Positions 36,285 through 45,772 of a stretch of DNA of 64,000 bases are shown here, piece by piece. The position numbers and the translations under genes were made by a program. Source of the DNA: a virus (taxonomy: Duplodnaviria; Caudoviricetes); the IMG/VR virus record IMGVR_UViG_3300028840_001835; one strand, written 5' to 3'. The notes below the pieces were generated by a model that made no database searches, was not told where the DNA came from, and saw only the letters and a list, made by a program, of their open reading frames with translations. Every line of letters begins with the position of its first letter. Position 1 is the stretch's first letter.

Positions 36285-36686
36285 ATGGTTACGAGGATTT
36301 ATGGGTTGCCCGATATGAAAGACGGAATGACTATAATAAATAGAGAGACTAAATATTTCATTGCGAGCGTAATGTTAAATTCGCCAACAGGTGGCTATCA
36401 TTCTATTGCATGGATTAGATATTGGAGAAAGAAGTTTATTGTTTGTGTCAACATTCGTTCTGAGAGAATTTCTAGATTATTATTTCTTAAAGGCATCAAG
36501 AAATGGTGTATTGATTATGATGGTGACTTTTGTTATCTTCTCGATTGGAATAAACTTAGGATGTTTCTTAAACTTATAAAATTGATGGATAAAAATATAG
36601 ACATTTATGAGTGTAAATATCAATGGTTTCTTAGAGAAATTAGAGCGTTAGGTTTTGAGACTAAATGGGATAGCCCTAAGCCATGA
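36285..36686 (+). CDS. FLxG-family paralog
   Basis: SRLLFLKGI. Confidence 0.8.
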   Translation: MVTRIYGLPDMKDGMTIINRETKYFIASVMLNSPTGGYHSIAWIRYWRKKFIVCVNIRSERISRLLFLKGIKKWCIDYDGDFCYLLDWNKLRMFLKLIKLMDKNIDIYECKYQWFLREIRALGFETKWDSPKP

Positions 36687-36934
36687 TACTTGATCTGATA
36701 CTGGCCCTATGTAGCCTAACGTTTGCTATGTCGATCCTTCCTCAGATAATAAGAGTGTATCGAATGAAGAAGGTTGATCAACTATCCTTCATGTTTCTAA
36801 TACCCACGACGGTGGCGTTATTTGTATCGGTGGTTGTGTTATTCATACTCGGTTTATACTTCACAATGGCCATGAACGCATTACAGTTTATTGAATATAT
36901 CATACTGGTTTCACTAAGGATGTATTATGGGTGA
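36683..36934 (+). CDS. SemiSWEET/PQ-loop family protein
   Basis: 3 TM, 83 aa, ILPQIIRVYRMKKVDQLS. Confidence 0.75.
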   Translation: MILDLILALCSLTFAMSILPQIIRVYRMKKVDQLSFMFLIPTTVALFVSVVVLFILGLYFTMAMNALQFIEYIILVSLRMYYG

Positions 36935-37289
36935 ATACGAATATTGGTCTGATCGTGATTGTACAGATATTCTATTTGGTATCTATTATGAAAGAAGGGA
37001 ACTCATAGAATATGATTACGGGCATGAAATACTTGTCAAGAAATGGAAAGAACAATGGCTAATGTGTATTAATAGGAATTGTGAATCAATGAATAAGATC
37101 ATGTTTCTAAAGGGGTTTAGGGTGTTTGATTATGATGAGGATCAGGATCCAAACTACATTGTCACATTTGAACAGATTTTCATGATTCTCAAAGAGTTAT
37201 TTAGAATAAATCATAATCGTGTACCTAATTTTCATGAGGAAGGCAAATGGTGGTTTTTAAAGATACTGGGGTCAATATATGAGTTTTAA
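36927..37289 (+). CDS. FLxG-family paralog
   Basis: NKIMFLKGF. Confidence 0.8.
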   Translation: MGEYEYWSDRDCTDILFGIYYERRELIEYDYGHEILVKKWKEQWLMCINRNCESMNKIMFLKGFRVFDYDEDQDPNYIVTFEQIFMILKELFRINHNRVPNFHEEGKWWFLKILGSIYEF

Positions 37290-37677
37290 AATAAGGCCCG
37301 TGGACATGGAACAACATCGGGAAGATAGAACGTGTAAACTTGTTAGGGGCACAAAAAAGCCAGTTAAGGATATATGGACATTTGGAAACTCCCGTAATCC
37401 GACTTTCTTTTTAACGGTTGATGTGAAGGTAAAAATATACGAACATATTTACATATGTATCTATGAGGAGACATTTGAAAAATTAATCTTTCTAAAGAAC
37501 ATAAGGTTTGAGAACAAAGAATTTCTACAGAATGGAATATTGTATCGGATAGATACAAAAGCATTATGGGAAATTCTTGAACTTTATCTTGAACATACAT
37601 GGTCAAAGAAACTTGATGTATATTGTAGAAGTACAACCAGATTTCCTGGAGCGTTACTGGTGACGGGGATAGAATGA
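37279..37677 (+). CDS. FLxG-family paralog
   Basis: EKLIFLKNI. Confidence 0.75.
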   Translation: MSFKIRPVDMEQHREDRTCKLVRGTKKPVKDIWTFGNSRNPTFFLTVDVKVKIYEHIYICIYEETFEKLIFLKNIRFENKEFLQNGILYRIDTKALWEILELYLEHTWSKKLDVYCRSTTRFPGALLVTGIE

Positions 37678-38024
37678 AATTTAAACATTCATTACAATAC
37701 TATGATCAAACATTTGGTTCAAAACGAATCTGGGCTATACATTCTACAGAGTGTGGGGTCTACATTGTACGAATTGGATCTTACTATAATGTATGGCACG
37801 ATTCTGAGAAACTTCATAAACTACTATTTCTAAAGAGATTAGATGATAATTGGGCAAATTTAGAGGATAAGGAAAATGGTCATATTTACTGTCTTAGATA
37901 CATAACTAAGAAGGATCTTATTAATGTTCTCAAAATGTATAAGGCTTCTTATGATACGATGAATATGCATCCTTGTTCAGACACACCAAAATGGATATAC
38001 AAATTATTGGAGATTGAATATTGA
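37674..38024 (+). CDS. FLxG-family paralog
   Basis: HKLLFLKRL. Confidence 0.75.
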   Translation: MKFKHSLQYYDQTFGSKRIWAIHSTECGVYIVRIGSYYNVWHDSEKLHKLLFLKRLDDNWANLEDKENGHIYCLRYITKKDLINVLKMYKASYDTMNMHPCSDTPKWIYKLLEIEY

Positions 38025-38389
38025 GTGATTTTTTCAATGGAGATAAGTCTGTTAATGAGATTGGATTTATTCTCGGATTACATTCTAGAAAACACATGAA
38101 CTTGTTTCGTGACTTCTGTCTATTGGTTCGAAGATTTAGAAAGAAGTTTTTAATAAGTGTTCCTGAAGAACATGAGAGGGCGAACAGATTGATATTTCTA
38201 AAAGGATACAAGATATTTGGTAGGGGTTCCTATAATGACCCGCTTTACTATGTGGACTGGTGGATGGTGGAACTTCTAATCAAGGACATGATAATGATAG
38301 ATAAAGGTTTGGCTATGAACAATCACACTGCACAATGGATAAAGAGGGATCTACTTGCATTAAACCCACATCTCGTGGATAACATATAA
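38021..38389 (+). CDS. FLxG-family paralog
   Basis: NRLIFLKGY. Confidence 0.8.
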   Translation: MSDFFNGDKSVNEIGFILGLHSRKHMNLFRDFCLLVRRFRKKFLISVPEEHERANRLIFLKGYKIFGRGSYNDPLYYVDWWMVELLIKDMIMIDKGLAMNNHTAQWIKRDLLALNPHLVDNI

Positions 38390-38730
38390 TGAGAAAGACA
38401 TATATATTACATACAAATGATGGATTTGTCTGCTTCGATAGGGACACCTTTCTTGGATGGCGGTTGTCATACACATCTGAAAGGATCGACAGGTTGATAT
38501 TTCTTAGAGGTATACAGAAGATAAACAACACAAACGATTACTATACCCCTGGAAAGCATTGCACCCGAAGGTTTCGCACATACAAGGAGTTCAAGAGGAT
38601 GGTGATACCATGTATTAGAATGGCATTTAGGGGTACATATGTAGCACAGCATCAGGACTTCCCGAGGAAACTTAATAGGGATCTTGGTTTTGTGGGGTTT
38701 GATTTTGACTATAGAAGGGCGATGTTATGA
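38389..38730 (+). CDS. FLxG-family paralog
   Basis: DRLIFLRGI. Confidence 0.8.
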   Translation: MRKTYILHTNDGFVCFDRDTFLGWRLSYTSERIDRLIFLRGIQKINNTNDYYTPGKHCTRRFRTYKEFKRMVIPCIRMAFRGTYVAQHQDFPRKLNRDLGFVGFDFDYRRAML

Positions 38731-39089
38731 TTAACCCTAATGAAATAAACAGTGATCGAATAATCGCTGACTATATGTTTCTAAGAATGGATCCTCTCAG
38801 GGACGCATGTTGGGCAGTGTTCTTTCAAGAGAATGAAAAGATCAGTTATGTAGCATTTAGAGACATTAATGCAGGAGACTTTATAATGACAGTAAACTCC
38901 GAGAAGATAGGTAAGCTGGTTTTACTTGGCGGTTTTAAAGAGAGAAAACGAACTAACAAACTCCCTCAGTTCGTGATTTCATTCATTGGTCTTTGCACAG
39001 TTGCTGAGTTTGTAAGAAAGCACTGCGATGATATACATTTTGTTGAGGGCGTTCCGCCCTGGTTTGTGGAGCTGGTAAAATGCGGATGA
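38727..39089 (+). CDS. FLxG-family paralog
   Basis: GKLVLLGGF. Confidence 0.7.
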   Translation: MINPNEINSDRIIADYMFLRMDPLRDACWAVFFQENEKISYVAFRDINAGDFIMTVNSEKIGKLVLLGGFKERKRTNKLPQFVISFIGLCTVAEFVRKHCDDIHFVEGVPPWFVELVKCG

Positions 39090-39445
39090 CGGACACGATG
39101 GGGTCGTTGGAATCTAAGGATATCTGGGAAGTGTCCCTCCATGACAAGGGAATAATTGGAGGACACGTTGCGACAGTGTTTAGGCGACTGGGTGGTTACT
39201 ATGATCTATGGTTCACGCCCGAGATGGCTGGTCTATCGGGAATTCTGCTCCTTAAGGGTCTTCGACCCAGGATGAGGTTGTGCGAGACCACAAAATATGT
39301 TGGGGACGACTTGTGGTGGTACATGGGACGATTGAGAAAGCATGAGCTGAAGAAGATATTAGGAATGTTGGGGTTCGTTCTCAGGACAAAAAAGATAGCC
39401 GTCTGTTCCGACACACCTGAGTGGATAAAGGACATTATTACATGA
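39080..39445 (+). CDS. FLxG-family paralog
   Basis: SGILLLKGL. Confidence 0.7.
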   Translation: MRMTDTMGSLESKDIWEVSLHDKGIIGGHVATVFRRLGGYYDLWFTPEMAGLSGILLLKGLRPRMRLCETTKYVGDDLWWYMGRLRKHELKKILGMLGFVLRTKKIAVCSDTPEWIKDIIT

Positions 39446-39813
39446 TAGGAAATTATCAACTATTGCAAGAAATGCTTAACGATGGAAATATAATACATTT
39501 TCATCTAAATCGTACTGAATTTATTGATATATTTAGAATCTGCAACGATAGATATAGTGTCTGGTTTAATATAGAAGGTCTTAGTCGTGTATTGTTACTA
39601 AAAGGTTATAACATTCAATTTGATCAAGATACTAATGCTTGGGTAGTGGAGGGTCTAAGTAATCCTAAAGTACATCAACTTATTAAAGAGGTTGTCTTTC
39701 TGTGGAGAAATATTAAAGCAAACATAAGTAGATCAACTAACATTCCCGATTGGGGAACTAAGTTTGTGAACACATTTTATAGAGAAATAAAAAAGGTACA
39801 GCAATGTTTATGA
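39421..39813 (+). CDS. FLxG-family paralog
   Basis: SRVLLLKGY. Confidence 0.75.
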   Translation: MDKGHYYMIGNYQLLQEMLNDGNIIHFHLNRTEFIDIFRICNDRYSVWFNIEGLSRVLLLKGYNIQFDQDTNAWVVEGLSNPKVHQLIKEVVFLWRNIKANISRSTNIPDWGTKFVNTFYREIKKVQQCL

Positions 39814-40241
39814 AGGACGAATTAATTGGTACGATTGAGGGAACATACATCGGCGGATTCGTTATACATAATCGAATTGAGGGTCTAATTGAGGCGGTAC
39901 ATTATGAGAAGATCATATTCTCTCGAAATATTCATAATAAATATCTGATGTATTTTGAGTGTGCGGAACTTGGTAAGTTGGTGTTTCTAAAGAACGTGAA
40001 CTATGATGTGCTGGAACGTGGACCCCGACCTTTTTTCGTTTCAACATCGGTCGCGCAAACGGCGACTACCTGGACAGACAATAATCTATTCAAGACTAAG
40101 CAGATACATACAAAGGAAAAGATTTATGAACTTATAAAAGTGATATTTCATAAATACAAGGACATGATAATTTATATTGATGAAGATTCTGAATCATGGT
40201 TAATAAACAAGTTCGAGAAACTAACGAATGAAAATAGGTAA
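39804..40241 (+). CDS. FLxG-family paralog
   Basis: GKLVFLKNV. Confidence 0.75.
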   Translation: MFMKDELIGTIEGTYIGGFVIHNRIEGLIEAVHYEKIIFSRNIHNKYLMYFECAELGKLVFLKNVNYDVLERGPRPFFVSTSVAQTATTWTDNNLFKTKQIHTKEKIYELIKVIFHKYKDMIIYIDEDSESWLINKFEKLTNENR

Positions 40242-40572
40242 GATGCCCTGGCTAGGGTTGACGCAGATGGGTATAGGATACGAACATGATGCATCATCGT
40301 ATCTTGAATGTAAAGATTCTGCCCAGGGTTCTAAGGAGATCATAATTGGTGGAAAGTGGGGAGACTCCCTTGCAAGGTTATTGTTTTTATCGCCAGGTAA
40401 GATCAAATACGAGAAACATGATAAGTATGGACATGGTCATTACAAATTCTACTTGACAACATGGGAACAATTGAATATATTTTTAAAGTGTATCTTCTTA
40501 ATTTACAAGGAAAGTAAATCTATAAGATTGATAGATTATGCTAACAGACAAATATTGTACAGGAGACGATGA
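40228..40572 (+). CDS. FLxG-family paralog
   Basis: ARLLFLSPG. Confidence 0.7.
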   Translation: MKIGKMPWLGLTQMGIGYEHDASSYLECKDSAQGSKEIIIGGKWGDSLARLLFLSPGKIKYEKHDKYGHGHYKFYLTTWEQLNIFLKCIFLIYKESKSIRLIDYANRQILYRRR

Positions 40573-40951
40573 AGTGGCTATTTTTCGAGTGTTAAAAGGT
40601 TCTGATATACCTCTTATTAGCGGCAGACTTAAGGTCGAGTATGTACATACCAGTTCTAGTTTTAATGGAAAAGATCATTATAGATATGGAGATGAATATT
40701 TTCCTAGAACCGATGTATATCCCTTAGATAAAGCAGGAGCGGGCGGATTAATATACTTTGGATTCAATAAAGACTCGGCGTTTTATAGAATCGCTTTCCT
40801 TCGTGGCATTGCTCTACCAAGCAAATATCCCGGCCATTATCTAGTCCATATACATACATCGGAAGATTTTGATAAATTTGTTGAGGTCATATGTATGATC
40901 TATAGAGGAACACAAAGATTTCAGATAACATATTCTTGTCCGACTAAATGA
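40538..40951 (+). CDS. FLxG-family paralog
   Basis: YRIAFLRGI. Confidence 0.75.
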   Translation: MLTDKYCTGDDEVAIFRVLKGSDIPLISGRLKVEYVHTSSSFNGKDHYRYGDEYFPRTDVYPLDKAGAGGLIYFGFNKDSAFYRIAFLRGIALPSKYPGHYLVHIHTSEDFDKFVEVICMIYRGTQRFQITYSCPTK

Positions 40952-41295
40952 TGTTACCAGCGAAAGGAAGAGGAATGTTTGAGATTGGAATGAATCTCAA
41001 GGATGATGATTGGACACTTGAGGGTGTATATTTAACAGATGTAAGGGTCACGGATTATGGACCTTGGATAAATCTAGAATTTAGTGATGATACACTAAAG
41101 AGATTGGTATTTCTTAAAGGAATAAAAACGTTTGAAGATAGGGGAAAGTTTTTGACAAATGTATACATAACAGAGGATCAGATCAAGGACTTTCGTGAGG
41201 CCTTGATGTTGGCGTTCAAGGGTAGACCGATCATATACACAGGGTCTATGTATCTTGGTCAGAAATTTGATTTTGATGTCTATGAAAAGAATTGA
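40948..41295 (+). CDS. FLxG-family paralog
   Basis: KRLVFLKGI. Confidence 0.8.
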   Translation: MMLPAKGRGMFEIGMNLKDDDWTLEGVYLTDVRVTDYGPWINLEFSDDTLKRLVFLKGIKTFEDRGKFLTNVYITEDQIKDFREALMLAFKGRPIIYTGSMYLGQKFDFDVYEKN

Positions 41296-41587
41296 ATTTA
41301 TATTTGTATATGAACGTGGAATATTAGGATATTCCAATCATCAGATAGAGACAGCATGGACTCCAGAACTTGGTCTGATCTTCAAACTGCCGCCATACTT
41401 AGGTAGACGAACACAGGACCATCTATTACTTGCTGGGTTTGATGTTAAGATCGATAGAATATACATACAATCCAGAAGTCAGTTAAAGAAGGCGTGTGAT
41501 GTATTGGCCGCATCGACACCCAACCTTAGACAGATAAGATTTAGACCGGAGAACGCAGTTGATAAAATCTTTCCTAAAAAAACATAG
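41255..41587 (+). CDS. FLxG-family paralog
   Basis: DHLLLAGF. Confidence 0.6.
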   Translation: MVRNLILMSMKRIEFIFVYERGILGYSNHQIETAWTPELGLIFKLPPYLGRRTQDHLLLAGFDVKIDRIYIQSRSQLKKACDVLAASTPNLRQIRFRPENAVDKIFPKKT

Positions 41588-41918
41588 ACCAAAACGAGGC
41601 ACTCTCTCGATAAAAATAAATCTATATGGTGAAATAATGACTAAGCCTTATTATTTTTTAAATGACAATGAAGCGATAGAAATAGAAAAAAGACGGATTG
41701 GAGCAAGAATAAAAATCACCCATCCGAAATTAGTTGATCTACTATTTCTAAGAAAGAAACAAGAACTATATCAAAACAAAGAGGGAGGTTATTTCATAGT
41801 GGCCAAAACCCCCATGGAGATCAATCAGTTTCTATACATATGGAATTTGGTATACAAGAATACTCCAAAGGATTTATCAAAAATTAGACAGGCACTTATA
41901 AGAGAGATAACATGGTAG
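41559..41918 (+). CDS. FLxG-family paralog
   Basis: VDLLFLRKK. Confidence 0.65.
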   Translation: MIKSFLKKHRPKRGTLSIKINLYGEIMTKPYYFLNDNEAIEIEKRRIGARIKITHPKLVDLLFLRKKQELYQNKEGGYFIVAKTPMEINQFLYIWNLVYKNTPKDLSKIRQALIREITW

Positions 41919-42241
41919 ATAGAGTATTCGTAACAATACATTCGCATGATGGTATTTCTGAGGAAAAGTCATTTGAATTTAAAAAGGATCATCTACCAAT
42001 ATATGTATCTGGAGATAAATTAAAAAAACTCTTATTTCTAAAGGGAGTGAATGTAGAAAACGCACCCGGTTTGTTTAGTACCGATAGAGGTCTTGTGAGA
42101 TGTAAGACCAAGAAAGATTTTGATCTAATTGCGAGTATGGTCAAATTAGTAGGAGATCCCGTGGTTGAAATAACCTATGATCATCAGATGTTCGCCGAAG
42201 CATTTAAAGAATTAAACAAAAAGAAAGGAAAGAAATCATGA
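41912..42241 (+). CDS. FLxG-family paralog
   Basis: KKLLFLKGV. Confidence 0.8.
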   Translation: MVDRVFVTIHSHDGISEEKSFEFKKDHLPIYVSGDKLKKLLFLKGVNVENAPGLFSTDRGLVRCKTKKDFDLIASMVKLVGDPVVEITYDHQMFAEAFKELNKKKGKKS

Positions 42242-43263
42242 AACTTATTCAGAATATTACAATGGTGTGCAGAAAACCAGAGAAGGATGGTACCATGCAT
42301 GCGTATCCTATTGAGAAGGGCAACACAAAGGCATTAAAGAGTGCCAAATGGTGGGCTACTCAATATCGATCAAATAAACCAGGACCCATTGTGGATATAC
42401 ATGGCGTCACCAATAATGTGAAAGTTATTGACTATAATCATAGAAAATCTAATACTGTGTTTAAGGTATTGGTAAATGATAAGTACATCATGGATCTTCG
42501 TGATAGACATCTACTTGAGATTATGCAAACCAATGGTATACATAAAGGTGGAATTGTTATGGGCGATCTTGTTTTCTGCATGGATCATAGTATAGGACTA
42601 ATACCCGATCATGGAACGATGTATGAAAAGGCATTGTTAGACTCCAAACGTTCAGTTGCCAAGTTTATCCCATTCACTCAGATGTCACCAGGAAATACAT
42701 ATGTCATGCGATCTGGAAAGGAGGAATTGTATCTAGGAAACTGGAAGATCCTCCGTGCAAAAGTCGAGAGAATTTGGGATAGAAATATGATGTATACACC
42801 AAGCTCAGGAAGAGATGGCGGCTTCAATCTAAAGGGAGTTGTCAATAGTAAATCTGCCAAGGTGTTTCTTGACAAATGGAGATCCAACTCTGATGTTACA
42901 AGATTAAGAAATCTGAAGAGTCCTACGTCCGATAACATAGAGGAAATGGTTCTAAAATCAAGTAGTTCATTTATAGAATGTAAAAAAGGTAAAATAAAAC
43001 CAAATCCAAAGGACATTCGTGAGGGAGTCTTTAAAAGGTTTCTGGAGAATGCTATTCTTAAAGATAGGGAGTCATATAAAGACTATAAAGGTGTAACAAG
43101 AAAGTCATCAGAGATTAGATTATGGAATATGTATTTTCGTATCATACCTTTCTCAAAGGACGAGGATGTGGCGATTCCTAGAACAGTGTTCGATGAGATG
43201 AAAAGACGTTTCCCTCACAACGCCCAGGAAATTGATAAACATTATAGTAAATATGTGATCTAG
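42238..43263 (+). CDS. hypothetical protein (341 aa) interrupting the array
   Basis: Long ORF; no recognised catalytic motif. Confidence 0.8.
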   Translation: MKLIQNITMVCRKPEKDGTMHAYPIEKGNTKALKSAKWWATQYRSNKPGPIVDIHGVTNNVKVIDYNHRKSNTVFKVLVNDKYIMDLRDRHLLEIMQTNGIHKGGIVMGDLVFCMDHSIGLIPDHGTMYEKALLDSKRSVAKFIPFTQMSPGNTYVMRSGKEELYLGNWKILRAKVERIWDRNMMYTPSSGRDGGFNLKGVVNSKSAKVFLDKWRSNSDVTRLRNLKSPTSDNIEEMVLKSSSSFIECKKGKIKPNPKDIREGVFKRFLENAILKDRESYKDYKGVTRKSSEIRLWNMYFRIIPFSKDEDVAIPRTVFDEMKRRFPHNAQEIDKHYSKYVI

Positions 43264-43265
43264 AC

Positions 43266-43568
43266 ATGCTTACATTGTTATTAAAGAATAAGGGTTCGGG
43301 TGTGGGCAAGTTCATATTCTCAGGCGATGGAAAAGGTGCCTGGTTGATTAAGGATGAGAAGGTGCAGAACCTTTTATTTCTAAGAGGATATAAAATAATA
43401 AATAATGACGGAGGATATTTCTTTGTGAGATTTCCAAAAAGTCATCGAGCAGCCTTCGTTAAATTCATTCTAAAAGCATACGGTAAAAGATATACATCAG
43501 TTAGGGTAACAAGGGAGATTCAGAAATCAGACATTGATAGAATGATTCAAAGAATAGGTGAAATTTAA
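43266..43568 (+). CDS. FLxG-family paralog
   Basis: QNLLFLRGY. Confidence 0.8.
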   Translation: MLTLLLKNKGSGVGKFIFSGDGKGAWLIKDEKVQNLLFLRGYKIINNDGGYFFVRFPKSHRAAFVKFILKAYGKRYTSVRVTREIQKSDIDRMIQRIGEI

Positions 43569-43571
43569 TTG

Positions 43572-43600
43572 TTGACAAACAATCAGTTCTTTTCTATATT
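43572..43600 (+). promoter_or_regulatory. internal sigma70-type promoter
   Basis: TTGACA-N17-TATATT. Confidence 0.75.
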
Positions 43601-43607
43601 TAGGAAT

Positions 43608-43886
43608 ATGGAAGAAAACAAATATCCTATACAGGTCTCGCTGTGGTACGGAATACATTTTGAGAAGGCCTCAAAATTGTTTCTACTGTCGGCCATTGAG
43701 CATAACATGAGTCAGGATAGGATAACTGTAATACTAAACACAAAGAAACAATTGAATAGGTTTGTGGACATACTAAATATTGATCTAAATAAAGGGATAC
43801 TTCCATTTGTAGTTCGCCCTACTGATGTACTTAACGAGCATTTTATGTTTCCGGTCAATCATGACAGAGAAAAAAGACATAGTTAG
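43608..43886 (+). CDS. FLxG-family paralog
   Basis: SKLFLLSAI. Confidence 0.7.
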   Translation: MEENKYPIQVSLWYGIHFEKASKLFLLSAIEHNMSQDRITVILNTKKQLNRFVDILNIDLNKGILPFVVRPTDVLNEHFMFPVNHDREKRHS

Positions 43887-44196
43887 TATTTCTTCGGTGT
43901 GGCCGAACACTAATGAGGTCGTACTTCTGGCGCCTCAAGGAAAGATATCTGGTCTATTATTAATCTCCGCAATTGATTTTGAGATTATAGAGATGGGATC
44001 AACGAATGAGGTAATTCGTGTGTATCTGAAGACCCTCAAAGACTATCAGAGGTTGATATATCTAATAAGGAAGTATGTTAGCACAAAGACATGGGGAACT
44101 CTTAGAAACAATCATATAAAGAAAGAACTAAAGCATATAAAACATCAACTTGAAGCAACGGAGTATTATGGGCAGTGTGAAACTGAAGGCACTTGA
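43861..44196 (+). CDS. FLxG-family paralog
   Basis: SGLLLISAI. Confidence 0.65.
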   Translation: MTEKKDIVSISSVWPNTNEVVLLAPQGKISGLLLISAIDFEIIEMGSTNEVIRVYLKTLKDYQRLIYLIRKYVSTKTWGTLRNNHIKKELKHIKHQLEATEYYGQCETEGT

Positions 44197-44485
44197 TCCT
44201 GAAAAGTTCAAGATGGTAATAGAGATCGCTGACGAGGAAGAAGTCGATAAGGTTCTTCGGTTGTTATTTGTTGCCGGTATAAAACACACCAAGCCGAAGG
44301 GTTCGTATTCTGTAGAGATAAAATGCACTGTGAACACGGAGGAGAAGTACGAAAGGATAATTAGATGTCTTGCGGATTGGCTCGGGACAACGGAAGGTAT
44401 GATAATGAGTTCACCAATATTCAAACGATATCTACGGAGAATACATGAAAAAGCAAATAAATCCAACAGACGTCGCACAAGCTAA
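44150..44485 (+). CDS. FLxG-family paralog
   Basis: LRLLFVAGI. Confidence 0.75.
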   Translation: MKQRSIMGSVKLKALDPEKFKMVIEIADEEEVDKVLRLLFVAGIKHTKPKGSYSVEIKCTVNTEEKYERIIRCLADWLGTTEGMIMSSPIFKRYLRRIHEKANKSNRRRTS

Positions 44486-44966
44486 ACTGTTTAAAACTAT
44501 ACATAGTATGCTGAATAGCCGTTTCGATGAATTGACTAAACCTAAAGAGAAAAAGACCTTCCTTAGTATGTTCATCCAAGCGATAACAAGTAAGGAAAAG
44601 TTAAAAGAGTTTAGAAACATAAAGAGACTTGACAAGGTGGTGAATGGTCTCTATGAGATTGAATGTACATTCAAAGTTAAAATTGGTAGTCAGTGGGTGG
44701 ATCATGAACTAATCAAAGCACTAACTATAGACGGGGATGATACACAAAGAAATTTGGATAACTTTAAGAAGATGTGCTTTATAGCAGGTATCGAATTTGA
44801 TAGACCACTAACTGATACCGCGGGAGGATTTGAGAGATTCTCTGTGACCATAAAGTCAAAAAAGCACTTGAAAGTTTTAAGGCATTTAACAGATGGAAAT
44901 ATAAGACTTGAGAAATGGAAGTACGGTAAGAGGAAAGTGGACAATGTTTGTGAGCCAGATACTTGA
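44445..44966 (+). CDS. FLxG-family paralog with N-terminal helical extension
   Basis: KKMCFIAGI. Confidence 0.7.
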   Translation: MKKQINPTDVAQAKLFKTIHSMLNSRFDELTKPKEKKTFLSMFIQAITSKEKLKEFRNIKRLDKVVNGLYEIECTFKVKIGSQWVDHELIKALTIDGDDTQRNLDNFKKMCFIAGIEFDRPLTDTAGGFERFSVTIKSKKHLKVLRHLTDGNIRLEKWKYGKRKVDNVCEPDT

Positions 44967-45219
44967 AATAAGGACGTATCAGGTTGATTCAGGCAAGACT
45001 GTGTGCAAGTTACATACATTCATACCAAATGATCACATTGATAAGTTTAACAAATTATTCTTTCTTCATCAGATGCCATACTTTATTGGAAGTAGATCAA
45101 CGGATGGTGTGTTTTGTAATTTTGTTCTTGATAACGAGAAAAGGTATAAGACATTCAGGTCTTTTTTAATAAGAAATAATGTGGCGGGTGCAGAGAATTT
45201 GACAAAGGAACTTGAATGA
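44908..45219 (+). CDS. FLxG-family paralog
   Basis: NKLFFLHQM. Confidence 0.65.
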   Translation: MRNGSTVRGKWTMFVSQILEIRTYQVDSGKTVCKLHTFIPNDHIDKFNKLFFLHQMPYFIGSRSTDGVFCNFVLDNEKRYKTFRSFLIRNNVAGAENLTKELE

Positions 45220-45416
45220 CCATTTTACTAATTTACGGATTGTTCATGGGGTCTCTTGGTCTATTAAATTGCCTGATCTTTTTAACAACATTATCAACGC
45301 TTAATGCTATAAGTACATTATTCTGTACTTACATATTCTGGAAGACAGGTGGTATGAATTTTATTCTTGACTGGTACAGGGATATACGAAATAGAATTTA
45401 CTTATGGTAACAAGAG

Positions 45417-45638
45417 ATGTGGAAAGTTAAACCAGGATTAAAAAAGATGAGAGACCCAAATAGAATTCCAGAAATAATTAGTCTGTTATATCAAGTTTGG
45501 AAAAAACATCCAGACTCTAGACTTGGACAACTTTTATGTAATGCCGTCTCATTTAACGGATTCATGTCAGGAACTCACATATTTAGTATTGAAGATAAAG
45601 ACCTTGTGGAGGGTTTGAAGAAACTATTAGAATTATAA
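45417..45638 (+). CDS. YihD/DUF1040-like protein
   Basis: RDPNRI..I..LL...W..HPDSRLGQL. Confidence 0.7.
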   Translation: MWKVKPGLKKMRDPNRIPEIISLLYQVWKKHPDSRLGQLLCNAVSFNGFMSGTHIFSIEDKDLVEGLKKLLEL

Positions 45639-45772
45639 CTACATATGAGGGTCCCATGCCCACGGACCCATCGGTTACGCCGCCAGGCAACCAAGGGAAG
45701 AGATTATACGTCAATACATCCTCACTAATAATCCCTTCCCTAAAACAACCATTTAGATGAAAGGAAATTGAA

